Position numbers and translations under genes: made by a program | The notes under the pieces: generated by a model | What the model was told of the DNA's origin: nothing | Database searches by the model: none | What the model saw: only the letters and a program-made list of their open reading frames with translations | Shown here: in pieces, positions 25,901-38,421 of the stretch | Position numbering within the stretch: position 1 is the first letter of the stretch | How the letters are laid out: every line of letters begins with the position of its first letter | Source: Mobula birostris | Lineage: Eukaryota | Direction: 5' to 3' | NCBI RefSeq assembly: GCF_030028105.1 | Contig: NC_092397.1 | Span: forward strand, 19,726,630-19,790,629 | DNA: 64,000 bases

Positions 25901-28003
25901 CAAAATCACTCATTTCTGCCCCCTGATTCTCTTGAATTTCCAGCAGACTGCTAATATCGTCCCCAGTGAAGACTGATGCACAATACTTATTCAGTTTGTC
26001 TGCCATTTTCCTGTACCCCATTACTACCTCTCCAGTAACATCTTCCAATGAACCAATATCTACTTTTGCCTCTCTTTTACACTTTGTATATCTGAAGAAA
26101 CTTTTGGTATCCTCTTTAATACCAGTGGCTAGCTTACCTTTGTATTCCAACTTTTCCCTCTCTTCATGACTTTTTTTGTTGGTTTTAAAAGTTGTAAATA
26201 CTCTGAGAGTCAGGGACATCTCGGAGCAGATACAGAACAGGGGGATGGTGTTCATTCAGCCAGAGATGGTGATTCACATCAGTACCAATGGACAGGTAGA
26301 AAAGGGATGATGTCCCACAGGGAGTTAGGGAAGAAGTTATGGAGCAGAACCTGAAATGTTGTAATCTCCAGTTTACTCCTAGTGCCCTGTGGTGGTAGGG
26401 ATACAAACAGAAAGTGAGAGCTGATGAATGTGTGGCTAAGGAGCTGATACAGGGACAGGGTTTCAGGATTACGGAACATTGGAACCTCTTCTGGTGCTGG
26501 GGTGACATTTACAAGAGGGATGGTTTGCAGTTTCACTGGAGGGCAGTCAGGATCATGAGGTTCATTGCTGCTCCCTATGAGGGTTGAAACGAGATTGACA
26601 GGGGGATGTGAAACAGAACACCAGTCACTGAACGGAGAGATTGAAGCTGAGTTAGATGCCAGGCACAGCAATATGTAACGATGGATTTTGAGGCAAATCC
26701 ACATCTGACCTGGAGTTTGTTTAAAGACCAGTGCAGTGTTTCAGGGCCAGTTTTTTCCAGTAAGAGGGAGGGTCAAGGATGGCAAGGTTCAGGAACCTTG
26801 GATGATGAGACAGGAAGTTAATTTAATCAAGGAGGAGGAAGAAGCATAAGTAAGGCTTAGGAATCTGTAATCAAACAGGGTGTTTGAGGACTATATTTAA
26901 AAAATAGGGGAACTCAAGAACATTCGGAGAGCTGGAAACACTGATGAAAAATCTCCGGCAAGTAGGATTGAAGATAATCCCATTGCATTCCATACATTCG
27001 TTGTGGTGAAAAGGATACCTAGGGCTGCACTTTGGGAGATCCAACATCAAGGGTGTGTACACAGTTAATGGCAGGAACATTAACAGTATTAACAAAGAGA
27101 AGGATGTCGAGGTTCAGAGATATTGGCTCCCTAAAACTGGAAGCACAGGTTGACAGGGAGGTAAAGTTGGTGTATGGTATGTTTACCTTCATCAGGCAAG
27201 GCACTGAGTTCAAGCCCCAGGACATGATGTTACAGGTTTATAAAATGCTGGTTAGGCCACATTGAGAGTATCGTGTTCAGTTCTGATCACCTCAATATAG
27301 GAAGCATGTGGAGGGTTTGGAGCAGGATGTCTGGAGGAGGTGTGCACTGAGGAGAGGCTCGACATGCTGAAACTTTTTGCTTCTGGAGTGGCGTCGGCTC
27401 AGGAGAGATTTGATAGATACCTGTGGAATTTTGTGGTCATGGTTGGTGTAGACAGCCAGTAATATTTTTCACAGAAGGCATGTATTTAAGCTCAGAGGAA
27501 GAAAGTGAAGACAACAGATTGATGGAGACATGGAATGCACTGCCAGGGGTGGTGGCAGAGGCAGAGAGCACAGGAGTATTTAAGGAAATCTTAGACAGTC
27601 ACAAGAATATGTAGAGAAGGGCCAAAGGGCCACTCCTGTACTGTCCTTTGTTCTTTGAACAGCAGATGGCCTCTGGGCATGGATCCGTGCAGGAGACTGG
27701 GATATTATATCCCCAACACAAAAATGGTTGTCGGAGGGGCAGGACCGGCAGCTCAGTTTCACAGTACAAATGCTACAGGTACGATGGAGTGGAGGGGAGA
27801 GAAGAGAAGGCGGAGATGTGTTTGACCAGAGAGAACATCTCAGTGGTACTTAGAGAAGACATCCCTGGGGGTTGCCGCATCATGTATACTGGGACCGCCG
27901 CACTGCAAAAGGGTTGGTGGCGCAGAATTTATTCTGTGCGTCCAGTTTTATCAATCAGTATTTAGAAGTTCCTACTAGAGACAGGACAGCACTGAACCTC
28001 CTT
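19960..28003. mobile_element. Tract of nested, decayed CR1 fragments
   Basis: Recurrent degraded motifs (WQMHFNTDKC, GLYHRPP, LNKYCASVFT, MLQVYKMLVRPH, PTRDRTALNL) in both orientations. Confidence 0.75.
21217..21333. mobile_element. Penelope-derived short insert with 16-bp TSD
   Basis: ccctcttattactgca at 21201-21216 and 21334-21349 flanks a fold-back fragment of the family. Confidence 0.7.
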
Positions 28004-28009
28004 GTCGAT

Positions 28010-28090
28010 CCACCCACTCCCTCCCTTTTCTTCCTGGCACAAACAAAAGTCTGTATCAGAGCGACCCACCGCCTCACAGAGGGAGCCGTG
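28010..28090 (+). pseudogene. Orphan H4-type 3' end with degenerate stem-loop
   Basis: gcacaaacaaaagtctgtatcagagcgacccaccgcctcacagagggagccgt aligns with the H4 3' flank gcacaaaacaaaggctcttctaagagccacccaccgcctcacagacggagctgt; no CDS upstream. Confidence 0.75.
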
Positions 28091-28615
28091 TCTCGGGAGA
28101 TCTGACCAAACTGACCCTTTCTTTGCAAATGTTCATTTATATTTCAGAGACCCAGGCGGACGAGATTTTCAGTAAATACTGTCAGTTCCATATGGTAAAT
28201 GTACTTTTGTAGATAAATGTAAAGCTGCAAATCAATATTGTTCTGTGAAGCGATGGGAATTGCTCATGAAGCGATCAGCGGAACGGTCCAGGGTCAACCC
28301 GCAATGTGAAACCCAGACAACGCGGTTTCAGGTCATGAAGACCAGAATCGTTCAATGATTGGAGATTAAATTCACCCTCCGGGGGCTGACTCTGAAAGTT
28401 CATTTCCCCACCCCGCAAGGGGAGAGAGCTCCATTCAGCCAGCAGAGAGGGGAAATGAGTCAGGGCGGAGCGGACCGCGTACTGTGCAGACTTATACCGG
28501 TTTAATTCGCGGAAGAAACACGACGGAAGGAGAGAAAACGTTACCAGGGATGCCTCCGATCGGGGCCGTGTCAGATACACAGCCGAGTTACTACGAACGG
28601 CAATCACCCGCTGTT

Positions 28616-28656
28616 CAGCCCTTCCACAGACACTGTGAGTGGCTCTGAAAAGAGCC
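28616..28656 (-). terminator. Histone 3' stem-loop and HDE of H2A
   Basis: GGCTCTTTTCAGAGCC on minus (28641-28656); GGAAGGGCTG (28616-28625). Confidence 0.95.
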
Positions 28657-28686
28657 TTTGGATAAATAGGTCCAGCTTACGTCGCC

Positions 28687-29330
<644 letters not shown>

Positions 29331-29852
29331 TCATTGTTCAAATGTAATCTGAAATTAAATCATTGCTGATCTGTTTGAGGACTGGGTCTTCGTATTTCCC
29401 CCTGTTACTGAAACCGGGCACATTTAATGTAAGTGTAGTTGATAATGGAGTGTCTGGGCACTCAAATTTCTTTCAACTCGTAAAAGAACCGAGTAAATCT
29501 GACACTCAGCTTCTGCCCGGTGCCGGCCATTGTGTAAACGTTAGCAGGTTATGGACAAACGGCTCTTCTCAAACTGTGACCAGCGGCTAGTCTGCAATTT
29601 TTTTAAAAAAAAAACTGTTGTATGAAAGAACCGTGAAGTCGTTCCGGCCTCGAATTAAAATGAGATTCAGAGAAGTTACCTAACTCCAACTAATAAACTC
29701 CTGAACCCACAGCTAAAACAGCAACGGGAGTGGGAGGAATGTTAAACACCAGGATTATAGGGGGAAGATGAAGCGGATATTCCAACCGCTCTTTAGCTCC
29801 TGTAAAAGTCACCACACATAAAACGTGCGCCATGTATTGCCTAAATGCCAGT

Positions 29853-29894
29853 ACAACTCTCTCAGTGAAATCGTGAGTGGCTCTTAAAAGAGCC
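29853..29894 (-). terminator. Histone 3' stem-loop and HDE of H2B copy 1
   Basis: GGCTCTTTTAAGAGCC on minus (29879-29894); GAGAGTTGT downstream. Confidence 0.95.
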
Positions 29895-29925
29895 GTTGTG
29901 TTTTCGATCATCTCACTGGGGAGCT

Positions 29926-30300
29926 TTACTTGGAGCTGGTGTACTTGGTCACCGCCTTTGTCCCTTCGGAAACGGCGTGCTTGGCCAGCTCCCCGGGCAG
30001 CAGCAGGCGCACAGCGGTCTGGATCTCCCGTGAGGTGATGGTTGACCGCTTGTTGTAATGGGCCAGGCGGGAAGCCTCGCCCCCGATGCGCTCGAAGATG
30101 TCGTTGACGAATGAGTTCATGATGCTCATGGCCTTAGAGGAGATGCCAGTATCGGGGTGAACCTGCTTCATCACTTTGTAGATGTAGATAGAGTAACTCT
30201 CCTTCCTCAGCCTCTTGCGCTTCTTCCCTGCCTTACCTGCTGGTTTGGGCAGAGTTTTCTTGGCGCCCTTCTTCGGAGCGGGTTTCGCTGTCTCAGGCAT
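29926..30300 (-). CDS. H2B: Histone H2B (copy 1)
   Basis: 124 aa with [14 protein letters not shown]...AVTKYTSSK. Confidence 0.99.
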   Translation of the reverse strand: MPETAKPAPKKGAKKTLPKPAGKAGKKRKRLRKESYSIYIYKVMKQVHPDTGISSKAMSIMNSFVNDIFERIGGEASRLAHYNKRSTITSREIQTAVRLLLPGELAKHAVSEGTKAVTKYTSSK

Positions 30301-30353
30301 TTCCGCTGACCGCTACAGACCCACAAATAAGCAAAACGGGCTCGGAGCACGAA

Positions 30354-30484
30354 TTAAATAGGCAGCGCCCAGAGGTGTATGCTAATGAGGGATGGGATGC
30401 CTAGGTTTCTCAATGGCTATTTGAAGTAACGTCCATGCAGTAAGATAATTTGATTGGATAGCTAAAGGAATTCATTCAACCAAT
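30354..30484 (-). promoter_or_regulatory. H2B promoter with variant octamer
   Basis: TATTTAA 30354-30360; CTCATTAGCATAC (H2B box, octamer 30379-30386); CCAAT elements at 30453 and 30480. Confidence 0.8.
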
Positions 30485-30865
30485 CAGAACTCGTTCTGCA
30501 CTACCCAGTGTTCGTTTTGGGTAACACCGTGGACAGGGACCTGTCGCCGATCTGGTGAGTTGCCGCTGCGGTTAATTCCGCAGGAAGGAAATCTAAAATA
30601 CAAAATGGACCAACTACAGCGGCAGTATTCGGTCATTCGGCCCGTCGTATCTGCTAGAAAAGCAGATGGAATAAGAAAAACACACAGTTGATAATATGAA
30701 ACGTTTATGTAATGAAACAGGACAGCAGGAGACCGAAGGTCAAATGGACCGGGTGAAAGATAAATTTACTGCAGCAGCATCATAAACACATAGTATCCAC
30801 GATACAGTGCTCACAAGAACTAAACTGCTGTACAGAATTGTAAAAAGAGAAGATAATTAGCAGTT

Positions 30866-30966
30866 AGTCCTGACGAAGGGTCTCGGCCCAAAACGTCGAC
30901 TGTACCTCTTTCCCAGAGATGCTGCCTGGCCTGCTGCGTTCACCAGCAACTTTGATGTGTGTTGCA
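30866..30966 (+). mobile_element. Penelope-derived insert with hammerhead motif (GAAA mutated to AAAA)
   Basis: agtc-CTGACGA-agggtctcggccc-AAAA-CGTC-gact. Confidence 0.7.
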
Positions 30967-31090
30967 GAGAATTTGAATTATCTCAAGACAGTCCATTGTA
31001 GTGTAAATTGATCAAAGTGGTGCTGTCTTGAGGTGGGGAGGAGCGTTGTTCGGGTTTGTTAAAGTACGTAATGTCTGTACATTACGTACA

Positions 31091-31721
31091 GGGTTCATTC
31101 TGTACCTGTCAGTCTCTGGTACAGTGTGAGAGTGTGGGGTTCATTCTGTACCTGTCAGTCTCTGGTAGTATGAGAGTGTGGGGTTCATTCTGTACCCGTC
31201 AGTCTCTGGTACAGTGTGAGAGTGTGGGGTTCATTCTGTACCCGTCAGTCTCTGGTACAGTATGAGAGTGTGGGGTTCATTCTGTACCCGTCAGTCTCTG
31301 GTACAGTGTGGGAGTGTGGGGTTCATTCTGTACCCGTCAGTCTCTGGTACAGTATGAGAGTGTGGGGTTCATTCTGTACCCGTCAGTCTCTGGTACAGTG
31401 TGAGAGTGTGGGGTTAATTCTGTACCCGTCAGTCTCTGGTACAGTGTGAGAGTGTGGGGTTCATTCTGTACCCGTCAGTCTTTGGTACAGTGTGAGAGTG
31501 TGGGGTTCATTCTGTCACCGTCAGTCTCTGGTACAGTGTGAGAGTGTGGGGTTCATTCTGTACCCGTCAGTCTCTGGTACAGTGTGAGAGTGTGGGGTTC
31601 ATTCTGTACCCGTCAGTCTCTGGTACAGTGTGAGAGTGTGGGGTTCATTCTCTACCTGTCAGTTTCCGGTACAGTGTGAGGTTCATTCTGTACCTGTCAG
31701 TTTCCGGTACAGTGTGGGAGT
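31091..31721. repeat. 46-bp minisatellite, about 13-14 copies
   Basis: Unit gggttcattctgtacccgtcagtctctggtacagtgtgagagtgtg. Confidence 0.95.
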
Positions 31722-31836
31722 TGGTACTTGGCACTGTGTCTCCCAGTCTCTCATGCAATGTAAATGTAGAAACTTCTTTCAGATTCATCCTCACAATTGA
31801 ATTCTTTTTAGCTTTTTAAACAATATCACACAATGC

Positions 31837-32268
31837 GATGTGGCCACACATTTGTTGGAGGTACAACACCTTATGGGTGGCTTCCAACCTGACAGCATGA
31901 ACATCGAACGCTCGCATTTCTGGTAATGCCTCCCACCCCCCCCCCCTTCACCATTTCCCATCATCTTGCCCACCCACCATCTCCCTCTGGTGCTCCTCCC
32001 CCCTTTTCTTTCTTCCATGGCCTCCTGTCTCTTTCACTAATCAACTTTCCAGCCCCCTACACGTTTCACACTCACCTTATTTTCTCTCTCCCCTTCCCCA
32101 CCTTTTAAATCTACTCCTCAGATTTTCTCCTAAGTCCTGCCGAAGGGTTTTGTCCCAAAACAGTGGCTGTGTTTTTTTCCTATAGATGCTGCCTGACCCG
32201 CTGAGTTTGTTCAGCATTTGTGTGTGTGGCTTGGATTTCCAGCAACTGTAGATTTTCTCCTGTTTGTG
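31837..32268 (+). mobile_element. Penelope-like element 3' fragment
   Basis: Degenerate GIY-YIG C-terminus (caacctgacagcatgaacatc), pyrimidine-rich UTR and degenerate hammerhead; flanks acacaatgc at 31828-31836 and 32269-32277. Confidence 0.7.
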
Positions 32269-33553
32269 ACACAATGCTGTACATCGGTATATCAGGGATG
32301 ATGTATCTGGTTACGTTGTACTAATCTGAATGGACTTTGGAGCAGAGCATCCAGAGCAACAAGTCCAGACCATTGAATCCAACTCTGGTCTTGTGATAAA
32401 TGTGTAACTTTCCTCGAGTCTCGGTGTGGGAGGGTTTGAATGGTGTGTATTGTGTAGCAACATTTGAACTGATGGAATTGAGAATGATTTTGACTGTAGA
32501 TATGTAACCAGTGTGTCCACAGTGATCAGTGATGGGACCTTTGTTTGATCAGATTAAAACACACATGGGCTGATCAGATCGCTGATGACATGAATATTGG
32601 TGCAGTTGTGGGTGGCGAGGAAGGTTGTCAAATGGACAGAAGTGGATATAGATCAATTGGAATCATGGATGGAGAAATGGGGGAAATGGATTTTAATCTG
32701 GACAAGTGTGAGGAGTTTTACAGGTAAAATGTCGTAAGAAACTCCACAGTAAATGGCAGCACCCTTAGGAGCACTAATACACGAGAGAACTTTATGTGTT
32801 TCTCTGTATTATCTTGCAAGTGTCACTAAAAGGAAGTAAACTACTCTAAAGATCACAGAGGGGGAGCAGTAAGAGGATCCAGTGGGGGGTGGGGTCGCTG
32901 TAGGGTAATGTCATGGCTGGAAATGTGCGTAATTAATGACCACTGACATTCTGTTGTGTTTCTCTTTTCGAAGCTGGACTGCTGTTATGATGTAAGTATG
33001 TGAAGTTTTTTTTTAAACTGTGCTTTATGTTTCTGTATTTGGAGGACAATAAATGAGTTGTTATGGTTTTCCTGAAACAGAAAATGCCTCATGCCATTTT
33101 ATTTGTAAAAGCCTTCACACTGCAAGAATACCACAGTGTCAATCTGCACCAAGAAAACCTGATCACATTCTCTTGAGGGTTAATGGCATTGCTGACTCTG
33201 AATTTACTGCCGTCGAATGCCAGCAGGGTCACAATCAGCAGAAACTCTCACAAAGCAGCTCTGTTTGTATTGTGTGCTTAGTAGGTCTGTGGGAGATACC
33301 CAGACTGTGAAGCTATAGTAATGGAGAGAGACACACTGAGCCAAGTCACAGCTTGATGGGCAGAGAGGAAAACAGAGAATTTGATGTTGTGTCCTTATGC
33401 CTGAACTATGCCCAGTTAGAAGTGTTGTTCCTCCAGACAGTGTTCAGGCTCACTGTAACAGTGTGACATCAGACATCAACATGAAAACTAAAATAATCTC
33501 AGCTGAGATATATTCTCTTTCACCTGTTGATCATCTTTGCAAACATTTTACAG

Positions 33554-34135
33554 GCAGAAAAGGCAAAGAATTTCTGTCTGAGAATCTCAAATGCAACAGC
33601 ATGTCACTTCTGTTGTGTCAGTCAGTTCCCCAGCATTTGAATGCTACCAATCACTGAATATGAAGGGGGAGATGGTTGAGAAGACAGCACACCAGAGTCC
33701 CAATACGTGGACTTGTCCATGGACTGACCTGATAAATGGCCATAGAGTTGATACCAGTGAGTTGGCGTTCACCGCCTCTCATTTTGGAAGGGATTCACCA
33801 GGCCACTGCACCTGCAGATACACCAGCAAGTTCACACGGGGAGAGGCCATTCACCTGCTCCATGGCGGACGGGATTCATTCAGTCACATGAGCTATTACA
33901 ACACCAGCCAGTTCACACCGGTGAGCAGCTAGACTTGGCTCTGTTGTCTCTGTCTCTCAGTATAGCTTCACACCTGTTCCAAGTGTGGGAGGAGATTCAT
34001 TCAGTTCACCCACCGTGTGAGGCTCCAGTGAGTTTACAATTCATAGAGGACACACTTCTGTCCTGAGTCAGCAAAGAAATTTACTCAAGTCATCCCACCT
34101 GCTGAAACACCAGCAACTTCACATCAGGGAGGAAG
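33554..34135 (+). pseudogene. C2H2 zinc-finger pseudo-exon
   Basis: caccagcaagttcacacggggagaggccattcacctgc corresponds to HQQVHTGERPFTC (frameshifted); further degenerate fingers with stops; acceptor-like ttttacag ending at 33553. Confidence 0.7.
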
Positions 34136-34914
34136 TTATAATAAGCTGTATATGGGACTGTTAATGTCAGATTCCACAGATCTTGTGGCTGCTCATCAGA
34201 CCCAGGACTGAACCCTGGTTACTGAGCATTGAGGGGGTTCATCCCACCATCTTAAAATACACTGATGTTTAATATTGTGGATCTGTCATAGACAAATACA
34301 TCAATTCCATTTCAAATCCTGTATCTCAGGTGCTTCCTCCCTGTCACACCGATAATGAACAGTCGAGAGGCCACTCAGTCCAGCTGCTACCTGCTTGTGT
34401 TCCTATTGCACACCAGAGCTTTCAACCCCATCCCTGCCGTTCACCACTAACTCACCCTATAATGTTCAGGATGTAACTGGTCACCGGTCTGGCGATGAAG
34501 AGGTTTACCTTGAATTCACTCCACGACTTTCTGTAAACTGCAGAGGATTAATTTACTGTGGTTTTCTCCCAAATATTCCTCATCCCTCACAGCTCTGGAC
34601 CAAGGCTGAAATCTTGTGTTGTTAAAATCTTCCTGTCCCGCTCTATTCATTGTTTTGTGTCATTTTCACTGATTTCGAAGGGCTGTGCCTCACATTGCTG
34701 GGCTGTTGCAATACAACACTCTCCTCTAAAGTACGACAGCAGAATGGTGGAGCAGAAACAAGAGGGGTCAGCACAAATGAGGGCTTTGGAGCTCCAGATG
34801 TGATGGAGGCTCGAGTTTACGTAGAGTAGGAGGGAATCAGACCAGGAGGATGAGGCTGCAAATGGAAGTTCAGCAACTTTTGGAAACTGATTGACTGAAA
34901 AAAGAGGTTTATGT

Positions 34915-35712
34915 TTGCAAAATACTGGAGGGACTCAGTGCCCCCCAGCGGCATCTGTGCAGACAAATAAATAGTTGATATTATGGGCCAAGACACTTCA
35001 TCCTATCTAGACTGTTTATTCCTCTGTTCAGCTGCTGCCTGACCTGCTGAGTTCCCGCAGTACTTTGTGTGTGTCACTTCAGAGTTTATTCCCAGCATCT
35101 GCTGAACCTCGAGTTTCATATCCGCATTTCTAAATGAGTGGGACTGTGACAGTTGTCATACAAAATGCTTGTTGACATTGTGTAATAAACAGGAGAAAAT
35201 CTGCAGATGCTGGAAATCCAAGGAACACACACAACATGCTGGAGAAACTCTGCAGGCCAGGCACCATCTGTGGATAAAAGTACAGCTGACGTTTTGGGCC
35301 GAGATTCTTCAGCAGGACTGGAGAAAAAACAATGAGGAGTAAATTTTAAAGGTGGGGAGGGGAGAGAGAAACACAAAGTGACAGGTGGAACTGGGAGGGG
35401 GAAGGATGAAGTAAAGAGCTGGGAAGTTGTTTGGTGAAAGAGATACAGGGCTGGAGAAGGGGGAATCTGACAGGAGAGAACAGAAGGCCGTGGATGAAAG
35501 AAAAGGGGGGAGGAACACCAGAGGGAGGCGATGGGCAGGCAATGAGAGGGAAAGGGGGATTGGGAATGATGAGCGAGGGGAGGCATGACTGGAAGATCAA
35601 GAAGTCGCTGTTCATGCCATCAGATTGGAGGCTGCCCAGATAGAATACAAGGTGTTGTTCCTCCTACCTGAGTGTGGCCTCATTGCGACAGTATACGAGG
35701 CCATGGATTGAC
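34915..35712 (-). mobile_element. Two adjacent Penelope-like fragments
   Basis: Minus-strand EEQHLVFYLGSLQSDGMN (GIY-YIG C-terminus) at ~35610-35665; degenerate hammerhead 35283-35320; fold-back copy 34915-35105. Confidence 0.7.
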
Positions 35713-35719
35713 GTCTCCA

Positions 35720-37565
35720 TTGAGTACACTGTTTGTGGAAGCTTGCTGTGTTCAAGTAGCTGCTGAGTTTTCTGCATAAAATCATTGACTGATTTTGAAA
35801 CATGTGGCGTGGAACCAGCACTTGCCCCTCAAATTAATCCAGTCTGTTAACAACAGCACATCACCTCCCTTTTCCAAAATACAATTCAACCACACTATCA
35901 CCATCCATTCCGTAAGTTTACACAAATGGGACGTCAGTGATATTGGTCTATAACTAGGAGGATCCATCAGGGGTTTCCCAGGTTTTAGAATAGACAGTAC
36001 AATTGCCATTTTCCATGAGGAGAGAAGATGGCCTGAACTCCAATTATGATTTTAAAAATGTAATATTATCTCAAGAGAGTTGTTGACCATATGTTTAAAC
36101 ATGCAATAACATGTATCATCCTTTCCTGGAGCCGTCTGACCTGTACTATAAATAGCTTTCTTAAATTCACACAAAGAAACTCTACATCACTAATACTATC
36201 ATTGCTACAGCTGGTTTCCAACACATTAAGGTATTCTTGTAAAACCTTATTGCTACATTGTTTAGTCTCTCCACCTATTTTAATTATGAATTGCAGCAAA
36301 TGACCAAGCCAGGACTCAACCGTCTCTCCTTCAGGAACAATTGTATTACCTTCTTTAATCAATATTCAGAACCCTATGAATCCCACACCCCCATTTTCTT
36401 AGTCATTCCCCAAACATCTTCAAGTTTAATAGTCCTTCCAATACTTTCACAATATGACCTCCAGTAAATCTTTTTCACAAGCTTCATTACTTTCCTCACC
36501 ACGGCCTGTGACCTGTTACACTTAATATGATCACGCGGAGAGTGATACTTAACTTTCCGAAATGCCACGTTTCTCTCAGTAACTGCCTCTGCACACTCCT
36601 CCGTCCACCACGGTACAGCTTTTCTCCCACTACTGCACTTTTTAAATTGAATCTCTGCCACCACTATTTGATGAATAATGTCACAACGTTTCTTTGCAGA
36701 AATCCACATCATCCTCACCATTCAGCCCAGACACTCAGCACATAAAACATTCAAACTTCTCCCAATTTGCTTTACCAGAGCTCCACCTCCTAAAAGTGGC
36801 CTCATGCCCCCCTATATAAATCCAAACTCAAGCTTATAAACATAGGAAAACGATCACTCCCCAATGCTTCATCTCCCATGACATCCCACTACTCACTCCA
36901 ATGTTCAAAACTAAAGTTAAATTTACAGCATTTTCAGAACTATTATGAACATTAAATCTTGTACCTCTCCCACCATAAAGACTAACAGGATATGAAATAT
37001 CTGAAACTCTTCTATAAACAAAATATCACCAATCTGAGAACAACCCCACAGTGAACTAACTATGTGTTAAAATCCCCACACCATACAACGCTTAGTGAGC
37101 TAGAGCTACATATACTCTCCAACAAATCAATCGGGAGCTTTCCACAATGGTTATAATAAGACACAAACACGAGGAAATCTGCAGATGCTGGAATTTCAAG
37201 CAACACGCATAAAAGTTGCTGGTGAACGCAGCAGGCCAGGCAGCATCTCTAGGAAGAGGTACAGTCGACGTTATAATAATATACCACTTTATTGCCCCTA
37301 CCTGTGGAATCAAATGTGTCTTCAAATGCCTCATACATTTCATTTACATCCACAACTCTATGCCCTCTCCCTCTCTTTAAAAAAAAACTTGCAACACCAC
37401 CTCCTCTACCAACTAATCTATCACGCTTAATTACAATATAACACTGGAAGGAAGAACTTAAATGTGGTAACAAATCAGGTTTCCTGATACATATAACATC
37501 ACATAGATTTGATAAATCAGAAATACATTTGAAGTCTTGCCCATTAGAAATCAGGCTTCTGGAAA
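35720..37565 (-). mobile_element. I/Nimb-like LINE ORF2 fragment (APE to start of RT), decayed
   Basis: RSLISNGQDFK, DVICI, GRGGGVA, VPWWTEEC and KPGKPLMDPPSYRPISLTSHLCKL motifs. Confidence 0.7.
37160..37269 (-). mobile_element. Penelope-derived short insert with 10-bp TSD
   Basis: gttataataa at 37150-37159 and 37270-37279. Confidence 0.75.
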
Positions 37566-37569
37566 TCAC

Positions 37570-37780
37570 CCTTCTGATGCAGGCGGGGCGCGGGCGGTGC
37601 GGAATGTAGTGGGACGTTTATGATTGGTGAAACAGTGCCTGATCTGATTGGAAAGAGCAAATACTCCAATCACAGAGCTGCCTTATTCACCAATCAAGAG
37701 ACAGCAACTGTAAAAGCGCGGAAAATACCGTCTAACCGCCGAAATAAACTGAAATTTGCAAAACACCGCCAAAAAAGCCT
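37570..37780 (-). pseudogene. Orphan H2A-type promoter (H2A CDS absent)
   Basis: Four CCAAT boxes and gccttattcaccaatcaagag, colinear with 29171-29330; homology to the H2A-H2B spacer continues toward H2B copy 2. Confidence 0.75.
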
Positions 37781-38342
37781 TTGTTGCTGAAATTAAACCA
37801 CAACAGGTTTGTTTGTCGGCTCTTTACCCCCGTTACTGGAGTCCGACACACTTAAACAAAGTGTAGTTAATATTGCGATGGTGTCTGGGACATTAGTTCA
37901 CCGATATCTTTCAATTGATAAACGATTGGAATAAAACCGATTCTCAGCTGCTGTTCGCGGTCGGTCATTGTGTAAACTCAAGTCAGTTTAGCAACGGGTC
38001 GCCCGGCAGAAAGTGGAGCTTTAACAAATGCTCTGAACGACCCGTGACAGTATTCAGCTCTCGCGTCGGAATGGGGTTAAGAGAAGTATCCAAAATGGGA
38101 CAAAGCTTAATGAACCCACGGTAATTAAACCAGAAACATTAGCGTCCATGTCAGAGAAATCTGATGACCGAGAGGAAGCGACGGGGAAAGGGGTGTGTAA
38201 CGATTCCGTGCCTGGGCAGTTGGCAGGAATTAACAGAGAAATTGGGATTATACTGAGCAGCGGACAGCAAATTCTGATTAACGGGAATAAGATTCTGAAT
38301 GAGCAATTCCAAATTTACCTCAATTCCATGTCTCAACATCGT

Positions 38343-38384
38343 GTAACTCTTTTAATGAAACCGTGAGTGGCTCTTAAAAGAGCC
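38343..38384 (-). terminator. Histone 3' stem-loop and HDE of H2B copy 2
   Basis: GGCTCTTTTAAGAGCC on minus (38369-38384); AAAAGAGTTAC downstream. Confidence 0.95.
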
Positions 38385-38421
38385 TTTGATTTTCCGGTTT
38401 GTTTTGTCAGTGAACTTGTCT

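Noticed and set aside
29926-30300. Symmetry centre of the two H4 genes (~30040) falls inside H2B copy 1
   Set aside because: The spacer length is shaped by many later insertions and deletions, so this is most likely coincidence.
31091-31721. CRISPR-like array of palindromic repeats
   Set aside because: Units are contiguous with no unique spacers, there are no cas genes, and the context is vertebrate; it is a minisatellite.
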